Origin: Chara braunii
Lineage: Eukaryota; Plantae; Charophyceae
Length of the DNA: 64,000 nucleotides
Direction: 5' to 3'
NCBI GenBank assembly: GCA_003427395.1
Contig: BFEA01000003.1
Coordinates: 6,674,189-6,738,188, forward strand
This document shows, piece after piece, positions 49,370-62,319 of the stretch; the stretch's first letter is position 1; the number at the start of each line of letters is the position of its first letter. The translations under genes were made by a program, and so were the position numbers. Below the pieces are notes generated by a model. The model ran no database searches. It worked only from the letters and a program-made list of their open reading frames with translations, and had not been told where the DNA came from.

Positions 49370-50093
49370 AAAAAGAAGAAACAAAACGAAATGACGCCAG
49401 CCCCACACCAAAAGCACTGGAGGGGGAAAAAAACAAAATGAAACAACGCGCCCCACACCAAAAGCATGGGGGGGGGGGGGAAAGAGAACGAATTGACATG
49501 AAACAACATGAGCCCCAGACAAAAAGCACCGCAGCAAAAACACAACAAAACTCACCACACCCCTGCTTTGGGCCAGAGCGATTTTCCTAAAAGTGGTTGT
49601 GGGTTCTTGTGGGGATGGTCATGCGAGACCCGCTATTTTCTTTAAGGGTCTCGCCACAGCAATGTCGAAAGCACCAGTTTCGACATTTTTTCTTCGCCAC
49701 ATAGACTGGTGAAGGAAAAACGTTGAAACGGGTTCGACATTTGTCAGAGGAGAGCCTTTCCACATGGGTGGAAACTGCCAGCCTGCGGCGGGCCGAGTTT
49801 CAACATCTCGGAATGGAGGTGGTGAAAGAAGAGTGAGTTTCAACATTTGTCAGGGTCGGTTCAGAAGAGTGCCTTCTCCTTCTCTTCCTTGCGTTTCTAC
49901 AGCAGTGTCGAAAAACGCAGCCTTGGAGGTGAGCAAAAGATAAGACAATCAAAATAAATAAAGAATAAAAAAACTTTGTCCGTGCATCTTTCCACGTTGC
50001 AGGCCAAATTCAGTCGCATATTCAACGTCTTGAGAGCAGTTCCGCGAGGCCCACTGCTCTCCCGACATTGGAACCTCGGCGACCGAGGCTACA

Positions 50094-50204
50094 ACAAATT
50101 CCCCGCCTCCGCCACACAGCAATGTCGAACAAGGGGCAACGGGTGCAGTGCCTCGACATCCCTTGTGTTCGACATTGGCTGTGTGGCGAAGGCGGGGAAT
50201 TTGT
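50094..50204. repeat. Near-perfect inverted repeat within a field of TGTCGAAA/TTCGACA motifs
   Basis: ACAAATTCCCCGCCTCCGCCACACAGC versus GCTGTGTGGCGAAGGCGGGGAATTTGT (1 mismatch), extended by AATGTCGAACA/TGTTCGACATT. Confidence 0.85.
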
Positions 50205-50788
50205 CGAAAGGCCGAATGTCGAAAAGAGTCTGACACTTGTCGAAAAATTTGTTGTTTCGAGGGTGGTGCAGCGAGGCCCTAAGAGTATTGGGAATGAAAA
50301 TGCTGAGAGAGAAAGACACAGAATGAGGCAGAAAATTCAAACTCAACAGATAGAAACAGGAAGTAACAAGATCGACATACAGGCAAGCAGACAGCCAAGC
50401 AGCCAGATAGCCAGACGGACAGACAGACACACAAACAAACAAACAAACAAACAAACAAACAAACAAACAAACAAACAAACAAACAAACAAACAAACCACA
50501 GGAAGACAAACAGGGGGACAGAGTGGGTGGGGAGGCCACGGCAGGAGAGAAAAAGAGAGAGGAGGCACTCGGGGTGGGCCACAGAGGGAAAAGAAAAAAT
50601 AACACACACTGTCAGAGAGAGAGAGAGAGAGAGATCATTTTGTGTGCATTGAGACCCGAACAAGATTAAAAACAAAAACCTTCTCCTTTTGTAACTTTTG
50701 TCTCACTTTTTAAATCTTTTTACTGTCCTGGACTGTCTTCAATGACTCTTCATGACATCGGATCAGCAGCAGGAAACCAACAGTATGG

Positions 50789-50944
50789 CCGCTGAGTGTC
50801 TTCTAAGGGCATGTCATTGGTATAATAGCCCATTTTTTCCTTCTGTATATAATAGTCTATCGTTTCCGCTGACTGTCTTCTAAGGGCATGTCATTGGTAT
50901 AATAGCCTATCTTTTCCTTCTGTATATAAGAGTCTATCGTTTTC
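50789..50944. repeat. 77-bp tandem duplication
   Basis: CCGCTGA(G/C)TGTCTTCTAAGGGCATGTCATTGG... occurs twice. Confidence 0.85.
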
Positions 50945-51151
50945 TTCTGTTCCTCTCATTCCTCATTCTATTTTTTAACCTATTATATGTTTCCCAGGAA
51001 TCAGCATCCGGATTTGGTTAACCAAGAATAGAATGGGTTCTGTTTATAATACTTTATATGTGTGGTTGAGTTAAATAAAGAACATTAGAAGAGAACAAAA
51101 GTCCCAATAAAAGGAAAATACCCTAATGTAACTGACCTGTAGAAGCACATG

Positions 51152-51228
<77 letters not shown>

Positions 51229-52245
51229 ATATATATATATATTATAAATAAATTAAATATAATATAAATATTATATGATACAACATGTTCCCATACACAT
51301 GCGAGATGGCGCAGAAGACTTGGAGAGGAAATCCACACCACACCGGAGCGAGATACGCACAGGGGAAGCTCAAAACCCAGATTGGATTGAAATAAAACTC
51401 AATTCATAGTCCCTGTCTCTCTCCAGTCCAATCAGTTGCACAAATCTCAACCGAGTATAAACAGCATTGAACAAACTCAAAACATGGTTTCTCCAAGCCT
51501 CTGGCATTTTCCTCCTTCCTCCAGCATCCTGCCCACTTCTAAGTATGGCGCTTAGGCCAGAACCGAGCGCCTAGCCCCAAAACCCTGCAGACCACCAGTG
51601 CCTCCCTCGTGCAACCTCATCTGCCGTAGCGCCTCTTAGGAATCACTCAGATGCATCAATGCCAAGTCAGAGACCACTTAGGATGGACAGCGCCAGCTCC
51701 AGAATAACGAAGGAACCTCCAGCTTGAAGAAGAAGTACAGCTGCCTCGCAAAGGAAAATTTGGCAGCGCCAACCCCAACAGCACAAATATGGTGTTGCCC
51801 AGCTCAGCACCTGAGGTGCATGCTTCAACACTGCTTCCAAACCCTAGCAGCGGACTCCCAGCTAGAGCGCTGCTCCTGCAGCCGAGCGGCGCAATAAGAA
51901 CTCCAAACATCGTTTCACCAATGAAACACCATCAGGTCCCGAAGACCCCAAACACTACGAACTAACTCTATTTTAAGTTCTACACTAACCTACTGGACCG
52001 GACTCCTGGGACTTTGGACACAGCTAGCAGCTATGGGTCTTTGTTTTCCAGCAACAACGGTATCAATCTGAGGCAGTAACAAAGCAAGAACCCGTTTAGG
52101 CTTGAACGAGGTTTATGACATGCAGTACCAGCATTTAACAGTGGTTTGAGGGAACTGACAGAAATGTCCCTGTGGGTTTAGGCATGTTTCAGTTACCGGT
52201 CAGGACCCAGAACTCGAAAAAATTACAACAATGACTCGGTTAGTG

Positions 52246-55200
52246 TTACAGCCCGCTGAGAAAATCCAAGAACATTGCATTTCTACCCTCGTGGGGAGCA
52301 AGGACCTCCGAGTCGATAGTGGTCATGAGCGAAATGGTGGGGCAGCAGACCCTTCTGCTTTGCGTCATGTGCCAATACGAAGTTCCTTCTGTGTAAAGTT
52401 GGAAACCACCGGTTCTTAGTATTTGGTTGGAAGATAAATTTTGCAAGATACTCACGATTGGGGCCGGTACCCCATTAATCCTCAATCCACTCAACGTCGT
52501 AGCCCTTTTCAAGGATTGGTGGTCCAAATTGAGGGGGTCTGTCTGGGAATGCATTGGAAGGTGTGAAAGGTAGCAACTTTGATGTATGGAAGACAGAGCC
52601 AGTCATGAGATGAGATGGTACATCCAATACGGAAGATGGACCAAAGGGATGAGATCCCACTGTATTTAGAACCTGCCATGGACCATAGTACAAGGGCAAC
52701 AACTTCAGGGAGATGTCTTCTTCATAAGAAAACTCAGATCTCTTGACCGAAGCCCAATTTCCTGGTCGAAGAGGGGAAGGCAGTCGATGTTTGTTAGCTT
52801 GTTCAATCCTTCTCTTTTTGTGCTTTAAACATGTAGTTCGTGCTTTCTCTAAGGCCCGTTCGTAACTCTTGACAATTTTTGTGGTGCTAGTAGTTAGTTT
52901 GGGCTTAGCCTTGTCGACGATACCATCGAGTGGTTGTCTAAGATCTCTACCTTCAGGGTGTGAATCCTGTTGAGGTATGGATAGAGGTATTGTACATTAG
53001 TTGGGCCCAGGACATGTGTTTGTCCCAATCCTGTTGTTTACGTGTGATCACAAATATCAGCAGCAGCTGGAGCAGAATGTGGTTCATCACTTGGCCTATC
53101 CATTGGCCTCAGGAAGTCTGCCAGAAGTCATGTCTAGTCTAGAGTGGAGATAGTCCTTGCAGAAGGACTTTCACTCATTGCTGTAGAATTGTGGGTCTCT
53201 GTCGCTAACAATGGAGGCTAGGTGTCCCTGGGCACTCAACCCACATCTTAGAGAAGACCTCTCTGATTAGAGGCACCCTCACCCCGCCTGACAAAGAAAT
53301 AAACTCTGCATACTTAAAGAAACGATCAACAGAAATCGCAACCTGTCTCATCCCACGAGGGGTGGTCTTGTCGAGATCACGAAAGTCAACTGACACTGAC
53401 TCGCCACGACGATATGGGATAGGGAACCATTTCATAAGTCCCATAGGAGGTCGCCTGTGGATCTTGCTTCTTCGACACATCTCCTACATTGTTTTTCATG
53501 TCTAACCAATAGAATCGTTGGACCAGGGTCACCTACATCTTCGTGAACCCAAAATGCCCACGAGCATTATGACTCTCAACAATGAGATAAGTCTTTATCT
53601 TGTGGTCACCAGGGATGCGCAAATGTTTCTTCCTCGTGCTAACTATGTAGAAGTAGCCTGAAGTCGGGGCATATCCTAACTCAAAGTTGGGGTCTGTTTG
53701 CAGATTTCTGAGGATGGTGACAAAGAAAGGGTCTTGAGGCAACACATCTGCAATGATCTTTCTCATGAAATCCGTGAAGGAGTAAGAATGCATAATGGCA
53801 ACAAAGGTGTCAGGTCTACGAGAAAGGGCATCGACTACCTTGTTATAGCAACCGGTGTTGTGTTTCATTTCAAAGCCAAAGGCGTCTATGAACTGAATGT
53901 ACCTTCCCAATTTGTCATTTAACTCCTGTTGGGTCTTCATCCCCTGCAAGGTTGAATGATCAAAGTAGATTTTGAAGTGTTTTCTAAGCAAGAAGTGTTT
54001 CCATTGTTTCAGGGCATACACAAAGGTGTATAGTTCTTTGTCAGAAGTAGAAGGTTAGATCCTTCTTACTTTAATCTACTTACTCGTGAATTCCACGGGC
54101 TTCAGGCCAGTCCCATTATCTTGTCAGGGGTCTGCCCCAACACCATACTGGCTTGCATTTGTGGATAGCAAAAATGGCAAGGTATGTACACACGGCCTGA
54201 GCTTAGTTAGGAGAGCACCGATGTCAAATGCGTGTTGTGGTATAAGGGTGCAAGTTCGAATCTTCGGACCTGCGCCCTGTGCATTCGGCCAGGGGGCGTC
54301 GACTGACGCAAGTATGTGTGCACACGGGGCAATGCAAGCGGTCAAATGCTCAAAACCCGGCCGCTCAAAGGGGTTTCAAGGTAGAGCTTCAAACTGTGGG
54401 ATCCATCCATTGTGGCTGCCACATTGGAGGTTGCCCCTCTGGGCATGCCACATTGCATTGCTCTGTGTGGTTTCCAAAGAGCATTGCTTGCGCCCCCTCT
54501 TGGCTTGTGGGGGGTAATGGGGGGATGGGGCAAGGGGGGGGACTCAGTTGGGAAGAGCAGGGTAAGAAGCCAGGGTTCGATATTCCTCTAGTAGACCAAC
54601 GACACCCCCTTAGTAGCAGGCGACAGGGTGCTTGATTGCCTCCCAAATGGTCACCTTGGGGGAGCCCGGAACCTGAATCAGGGTATAGCGCGCCAGTTGC
54701 TGGCAATCGAGAAACATCGGTCTCGCTTGCTACCTGCCCAAGTGTGTGTGTGTGGTCGAGATTGAGGGTTTCTTCCTTGAGTGTCCCCTGTCTATGGGTG
54801 GATCCACTGTGACGACATGGAGGGATGAACACAGTGGTCCATCCCCCGTCGGACATCCGCATCCTTCACTGTCCCTGACACCCCTCAGAGCCTTCTAAAA
54901 AAAATGGCAAGGTAGGCTTAGAAAGTTTCAACATAGGTGCCTTGATAAGGGCTTTCTTCAATCTTTAATAAGCTAAATGGCACCGAGGAGTCCACTTGAA
55001 GGGGACATCCTTAGCCAATGCATTAGTCAGGGGAGTGGTTATGGTAGAAAAGTCTTTGATGAGCTTCCTATAGTAAGCAACCAGTCCCATGAATGACCTA
55101 ATATTTTGGACCATCTTAAAGGCTTCAGGGACTATGCCTTTTGAAGAGAACACATGACCCAAGTATAAAGATAGAAGAGGCCCTAAAGGCTGACTTTTTC

Positions 55201-56533
55201 TTGTTTATCATGTACTTGTTCTCTCTTAGGACTTGAGGAACCTCCTTCAAATGTTCTGCATGTTCCTTGATGGTCTTGCTGAATACTTGGATATCATCCA
55301 AGTAGACAACTACAAAGCGATCAAGGAAGGGCTTGAAGATTCGATTCATTTTTGTTTTGAAGGTCCCAGATGCATTGCAAAGTCCAAAAGGCATGACTAG
55401 ATACTCATAGGTGCCATACCTGGTCCTGAAGGCGATCTTACGGACGTCTTACTCAACCATTTCGATTTGATGATAAACCAAACTTCGTAGTGATTTTGTT
55501 GAAGGCCTTACAACTTTACACCATGTCCAAGAGGTCGTCAATTCTAGGCAAGGGCTCACAGCTCTTCCAGTAATCTTGTTGAGACCTCTATAGTCAATGC
55601 ACATCTTGAGTTCCTCATTCCCTTTTGGAACAAGGAGGATTGGTGCTCCGTACTCAGATGAGCTACAGTGGAGTCAACTCTTCTCAATTAGAGTCTCTAA
55701 CTGTTTTCTAAGTTCATTGAGTTCAACATGGAACATCCTATAGACTCTTCTTTTAGGGATGGTAGAGTCGGGGAGGATCTCAATGCGGTGCTTGGTCTGT
55801 CTGTGGAATAATCCAGTAGTCTCCTAGGCCAAATCGACACACATTGATAACCTGCTGGATAACTGGGTCACATTGAGGGGTGGATTTGTCAGTTTGAGTA
55901 ATGTATGCAACGGAGAGACTTTCATGGTTAGTTTCTTAAGACAAGTTGTAGAATTATCTTGCCCTGACACAATAGCGACTTGTCTTAGGCTACTAGTCTG
56001 TATCTAGGACACATTGCCTTACCTCACCCTTGAAATTATTCTAAAGGATCATAGGGGTAGTCCAGTTGATAGTTGGCTTAGTGGTGCTTAACCACTTTAG
56101 TCTCAGGACCATGTCAAAGGGCAAATGAGGAAACACAGAGAATTTCAGACTGTCCGACTTCCCCCTTAGCATCAAATGTGACTGGTAGACCTTTGAGGAC
56201 CTACCGGACTATGACTGATTGGGAGCCCACTTGGATGTTCAACGGATGTTGAAGGTCTAAGACCGTGCGTCTCAGATCGAATTTCTGGAGTCCATGAGAG
56301 GAAATGAAGTCCCAAGTGGCCCCACAGTCTAGCAGGGTCTTGATTCGGGTCTTGTTCATGAGAGGCTTGAGTAGGATCAATTCAAATTTCAAGTTCCTAT
56401 TCTCCTTCAACTGGAAGGGACCAGAGTTGATCGTACTCTTCCTCAGATAAGGGCTCGTCAATAAAAGGCTCAATGCAGGCTTACAAAGAGTCAGCTGCAA
56501 CCAGTCTATACCTCGGCTTGGAGGCTGATTCAC
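52246..56533 (-). pseudogene. Element D pol remnant, interrupted by a SINE
   Basis: TLLDCGAT; MPFGLCNA...YLDDIQVFS; STNASQYGVGA; ESHNARGHFG; VSVDF...VDRFFKYA; PLYYGPW; YDVEWIED. Confidence 0.9.
54185..54899 (+). mobile_element. tRNA-derived SINE family 1, copy 2 (715 bp)
   Basis: 15-bp TSD AAAAATGGCAAGGTA at 54170-54184 and 54900-54914. Removal restores APMLKLSKPTLPFLLSTNASQYG. A-box-like TGAGCTTAGTTAGG, B-box GTTCGAATC (54254-54262). Confidence 0.9.
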
Positions 56534-56695
56534 CTTCAGCAGAGACTGATTCTTCTTCAGAAGAGGATGAATTCAGTTCAGCAGTGTTAAAGCACTAGTA
56601 GGCTTTCACACAAAACACAAACTAAAACAATGTTTCTCTGTTATGTTTATTTATAAGATTAGGGTTAGGTTTTTAACGACAAGTAGGTGTTAAGG

Positions 56696-56891
56696 CACTA
56701 GTACCTCCACCTGTGTTGGGAGATAGGGAAAACTGAAATTTTTCCCATACTCCTAAAAAATTGGGGGCTGGGATTGAGGACGGCCGTCGTTGATAAATCT
56801 CATCGGCGGCTGTCGTTTCGTTGCGGCCTCCTAAAAGATTGGAGACCCACCTGAGGTCTCCCTATTTTCCCAATTGGCAGAGGTACTAGTG
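56696..56891. mobile_element. ~195-bp MITE inside element D
   Basis: Terminal CACTAGTACCTC/GAGGTACTAGTG plus subterminal TTGGGAGATAGGGA/TCCCTATTTTCCCAA. Confidence 0.75.
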
Positions 56892-58879
56892 GTTTGAGTG
56901 TCTGTAGGCGAAATTAGGGCTGCAGGCACAAACTAGGTCTCAACCACAATAAATCTTCCAACAGATTCCCTCTTAATCTTGCCCAAACCCTAATTAGGTT
57001 TATTATCTCAAAAGATAATTCAGATACAATCAACATGCTGACTAGTATCAGATTGCCAAGCACTTTAGTGGGGAAGAAAGATTTAGGTTAGTTGAGATTT
57101 CAACAACTTCAGGAGGCAATTAATTTTGTTGTTTCAGACTATCTCTAGTTTTCAGTGCTGACCTAGACAAACCCTAAACCCTAAACCCTAACTGACTGCT
57201 TGCTTTCATCTACTGACAAAACAAACTGAGCGCTTAACAACCAGAACCAGCGCGGACCAGATTTCATCCCTTCTGATGATGGACTGACCAACAGACTCCA
57301 ATTAGGGACAGCGCTGGCTCAAAACAGATTGTGTTAACCCTAACTGTCGACAGGACAGACACTAGTGGACAGAAACCTTGATTTTAGAGTAGGAACATGC
57401 ATCGCAGGTCTGAAAGCAGGGACTTGAATCAAGAATAGAAGTAGATGAGAGATATATGGCAGATTTAGAAAGATTTTAGGTAAGAAACAGATTCGAAGCA
57501 TTCATGCAATTTGAAACCCTAGTCTAAACCCAGCGTTTCAACCGAAACCCTAAACTAGTAGTACATAGACAGTTTGGAACAAACTCGCAAATAAGAATCT
57601 TGATTGAAGATGCAGCACCAATCCGATTATCAATTTATCACCCAATAGCAGCAGCACCAGGCAAAGCACCAGTTTTCGAGGCTCAACTAGCTCAAATGAG
57701 TCAGCGCCTCATCCAGTTCTCTCCTGCTTCTTCATTTCAACCTCCCTACTGATTCGCCCGTTCAAATCTCCTGAAAACCACTTCGTCGGATGCAAAATTT
57801 CATGGAGATGCAGCACGCGGCCGGTTAGAGTTAATGAAAGCCTAATTGGACTAGCACCTGACTAGTTTAGGGTTGTAAACCCTAAACTCCGCCGACAGGC
57901 TATTTTAGGCTCTGCAACCGTAAATTTAGCTACGCTCAACAGCAGCTCCACTCGGAAACACCCTGCACAAGCCGACTTACGAAATTCACCTTTCTCCACC
58001 CTCACACATCACCTTTCGCCTCCTTCACCAAATCACTTCATCTGAAGATGGCAGAACCCTTATCTCCACCTCCAACAGCCTCCTGAAAGAAGATGGCGAA
58101 CAATTTGCTCAAAGATTTTTGTACGCAGTTGCAGCTCAGATACCAACTGTTATATAACTGATTGAAACATCATCGAACAAAGCATCAACATGTTCCCATA
58201 CACATGCGAGATGACAAGGAAGACTTGGAGAGGAAATCCACACTAAACTGGACTGAGATATGCGCAGCAGAAGCTCAAAACCCAGACACGATTGAAAGAA
58301 AACACAATTCATAGTCCCCCAACTCTCTCTAGTTCAATCAGCTGCACAAACAGCCCAAGAATCTCAACCGAACACAAACAACCTTGAACAAACTCAAAAC
58401 ATGGCTTCTTCAAACCTCTGGAGTCTTCCTCCTTCCTCCAGCGTCATGCTGCCCACTCCTGACTATGGCGCTCAGGCCACAACCCAGCGCCTAGCCTCAT
58501 AACCTTGCAAACCACCACCACCTCCCTCTTGCACCCTCAACTGCCCACCGCCTCTCGTCAGATGCATCAGCACCAAGTCAGAGACCACCCAACATGAACA
58601 GCACTGGAGAAAGACTCTCTAGTTTGAAGAAGAACAAGTACAGCTGACAAGAGAAAAATATGGCAGTGCCCAACCCTAACAGCACAAATATGGCAGCGCT
58701 TAACCCTAACAGTTGACTTGAGAGGAAAATACTCCCAGCCCTAGGCATTTACTACTTACCCCTTAGTATTATTTGTTTTAACTTTAAGGGTACTAGTACT
58801 ACTACGAACGGGACCCAAACTCTAACCAATCTACCCTGGCTACCTAACTTCCGTCTGAACAAGTGGTGCTAAGCCCAGA

Positions 58880-59732
58880 CTGCTGACCATTAGTTTGAAA
58901 CCGTAAACCCTAGTCAGTGGTCCATAAACCCTGGCCAGTTTAGGTTACCAAACCTAAATCCGAACCAGTGAATCTAAACCCTAACCAGTAGTTCCAAGCC
59001 CTGATCCCGAGCCGTAAAGGCAATAGCTCCTGAAACCCCGGCCAGTTTTTCAATTCAGAACCTAGGTCCTAACCAGAACCCTAACAAGTAGTTTTAAACC
59101 CTGTTCCCCAAGCATAAACCCTAGCCAGTGCTTTCCGAAACCCAGACACACAGTTTAGGCCGTCAAAACTAAATCCGAACCTGGACCCGAAACCATGGCA
59201 ACCGGCCGGACGTCTGGACCGGGATCCAGACAGACCGGCTGTCTGGGTCCGGGTCCGGGGTTCCAGTCTGGTAGGTCCGGATGGCCCCATTTCCCAAAAA
59301 ATCATTTTTTTTCTTGGGGTGCCTAGGACGTTTTTGGCGTCCTAGGGCGCGCCCAAAAAATATGTGCAGGATTTTTCGGCCGTCGGCAGGCCTACCGGAC
59401 GCCACCAGACCGTGTGGGACACCCACCTCTGCTGAGACGGGGGAAGCGAAAAGTGTGGAATCAAGTTTTCTAATCCGCTGTCCCTCGTGCCAACGCCATT
59501 TCGACCCTGGAGAACGCTGCTGCCACGCCATGTCAACCCTGGAGAACGCTGTCGCCACGCCATTTCAACCCTGGCGAACACTGCTGCCGTGCTGCTGCCG
59601 AGCTGCTGTCGTGCCCTTCCTCCATCCCTGCCTCCCTCCCTACCTCATAAGGTCCATCTTCCTTGCTTGCATTACTTCACAGAGGCTTGCGGCTTTTCTT
59701 CTTTACTTCGGGGTGGAAGGTAGAGACGTGGG

Positions 59733-59814
<82 letters not shown>

Positions 59815-60194
59815 NNNNNNNNNNNNNNNNNNNNNNNNNNNNNNNNNNNNNNNNNNNNNNNNNNNNNNNNNNNNNNNNNNNNNNNNNNNNNNNNNNNNNN
59901 NNNNNNNNNNNNNNNNNNNNNNNNNNNNNNNNNNNNNNNNNNNNNNNNNNNNNNNNNNNNNNNNNNNNNNNNNNNNNNNNNNNNNNNNNNNNNNNNNNNN
60001 NNNNNNNNNNNNNNNNNNNNNNNNNNNNNNNNNNNNNNNNNNNNNNNNNNNNNNNNNNNNNNNNNNNNNNNNNNNNNNNNNNNNNNNNNNNNNNNNNNNN
60101 NNNNNNNNNNNNNNNNNNNNNNNNNNNNNNNNNNNNNNNNNNNNNNNNNNNNNNNNNNNNNNNNNNNNNNNNNNNNNNNNNNNNNNNNNNNNNN

Positions 60195-60283
<89 letters not shown>

Positions 60284-61080
60284 TTCTTTACTTCTTAAGT
60301 GAACGTGGTGGGAGGACTCGGGGCAGCGAAGACGCTTGGGCAAGTTGGGTGGGAGATCACAAGGAGGACTAGCGATATCGGAGAGGAGGACGAGGGGCAA
60401 TGGGCAGGAGGACGAATAGAATGTGTCTTCCTTGTGGGCGACGAGTAATACTGTAACTTCACTGTTTATTACTGCAGAATGTTTGTGTTCCTTGTGCATT
60501 ACCGTCTCGTGTGCAGTATTAGTGGTGTATCATGCACTCTATTTTTTTTGCTCTCGGTCCGGACATTTTTTGGGTCCAGGATACCGGTCTGGACGGTCTG
60601 GATCTGGTTCTGTCCAGCTGTCTGGTGCATGTCCAGATTACCCGACGTCTGGACCGGTCCAGACAAATGTTTGGGCCTCGGTCCAGACATGTCTGGGTCC
60701 GGGTCCGCGGTTGCCATGCCCTAAACCCTAACCAGGCTTTCCAAACCCCGATCACCAAGCAGAAACCCTCGCTAGTTGCTCCCGAAACCTTTGCCAGTTT
60801 TAGACTTCAGAACCTTGATCCGAACCTGGCCAGTTTTAGACTTCAGAACCTTGATCCGAACCTGGACCCTAAACCCTAACCAATAATCCAAACCCTGATG
60901 CCCAAGCAGAAAACCTAGAAAGCAGCTCCCATAACCCTGCCACTTTTGGACTACAGAATCTAGAATGGAACCTGGACTCTAAAACCCTAACCAGCAGTTC
61001 AAACCTTGATCCCCATACGGAAACCCTAGTGTGTTGTTCCCGGAACCCAGATGCATAGCTTAGGCTTCCAAAGCCATCCT
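58880..61080. repeat. Degenerate satellite rich in AAACCCT(A) telomere-like motifs, split by a hAT-like insertion
   Basis: Recurring ATCCGAACCTGGACCCTAAACCCTAACC / GAAACCCT(A/G)GCCAGT units on both sides of 59194-60718. Confidence 0.65.
59194..60718. mobile_element. Non-autonomous hAT-like DNA transposon (contains an N gap)
   Basis: 11-bp TIR CATGGCAACCG/CGGTTGCCATG. 8-bp TSD CCCGAAAC/CCCTAAAC (7/8). Dense subterminal GTCCGG/GTCCAG/CTGGAC motifs at both ends. Confidence 0.8.
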
Positions 61081-61565
61081 CATTCCCTGACGAAGTGTAT
61101 CTGAACCCCCCTCCCTCCCTCTCACACTCCATACACTAGGGCTTTTTCGTTTTTTTTTTTTTTGTTTTTTTTTCTTTTCTTTTCTTTTCTTTTCTTTTTT
61201 CTTTTTTTTCCTTTATTTTTCCCTTACATTTATGGGTCAGATATGTTTCGGCGGCCGACTGGTCGGACTAAAAAGTTCCTCTTGGAGTCCCGCCTCTCAC
61301 GTACGGAAGGGAAATGAGACGCCACTCATCATCATTTCATAAAACCAAGAAGGGTCTTGCTCGGACTTTTTCTACAAAGCTCAGAAAGGTCAAACTTCGA
61401 CGAGAAGGTGAGTCTTTCTTAAAAATATATAATAGTAAGTATTATTTAATTATTAATAAATTCATTTTTTTAAAAAGAGGAGAAAGTATGCCAGTCAGCT
61501 GTCTCAGAGGCCTACAACATGCTTATACTATAGCCTTATAGCGTTATACTTTATATCAGTGATAA

Positions 61566-62141
61566 ATTAATAATGAAACAAGTGCGGTAGTAGCACACTT
61601 TCAAACTGTAAAGGCAAAAAAAACACTAATGGGCAACGGAAAAATGGCCGCAGTTCGAAAAGGCANNNNNNNNNNNNNNNNNNNNNNNNNNNNNNNNNNN
61701 NNNNNNNNNNNNNNNNNNNNNNNNNNNNNNNNNNNNNNNNNNNNNNNNNNNNNNNNNNNNNNNNNNNNNNNNNNNNNNNNNNNNNNNNNNNNNNNNNNNN
61801 NNNNNNNNNNNNNNNNNNNNNNNNNNNNNNNNNNNNNNNNNNNNNNNNNNNNNNNNNNNNNNNNNNNNNNNNNNNNNNNNNNNNNNNNNNNNNNNNNNNN
61901 NNNNNNNNNNNNNNNNNNNNNNNNNNNNNNNNNNNNNNNNNNNNNNNNNNNNNNAAAAAAAAAAAAAAAAAAAAAGGAAAGTGTGCTACAACCGCCCTTT
62001 TCAAACTCGGGGCCTGATGTTACCGCCTTCTGATGTTATGATTGCCTTTTCTAACTACAGCCATTTTTTCGTTGCCCATTATTGTTTTTTTTGCCCTATT
62101 GAACTTCGTTTGTGACACAAACGTACTTGCCCCATTAATAA
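61566..62141. mobile_element. Long-TIR non-autonomous element (Mutator/foldback-like), gap in the centre
   Basis: 61613-61665 is the near reverse complement of 62043-62095; weaker similarity extends ~45 bp outward. Confidence 0.6.
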
Positions 62142-62319
62142 TATACAGGCTGTCCCACAGCATTTAGGGCACCTCGGCCTTGGTACGATATATGTACAGA
62201 CTCTACAGAGTGTAGACAGTACAGTAGATTAACGGAATTCTTGATGGACTGGTCATCCGTACATGTCGACCTCACAGTTTAACGTTACTTCCAGAGATTG
62301 ACAGCTTTTTTTTTTTTTT

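Larger units (their letters stand above)
51240..58720 (-). mobile_element. Ty3/gypsy element D, old, gag apparently deleted; ends approximate
   Basis: LTR-like homology between ~51281-51790 and ~58186-58700. PBS GCTCAGATACCA at 58134-58145 precedes TG at 58148. PR LLDCGAT, RT YLDD, RH, IN and chromo-like remnants at 52246-56533. Confidence 0.8.

Noticed and set aside
62144-62157. Tc1/mariner-like terminus TACAGGCTGTCCCA
   Set aside because: No matching opposite end or transposase was seen in the window.
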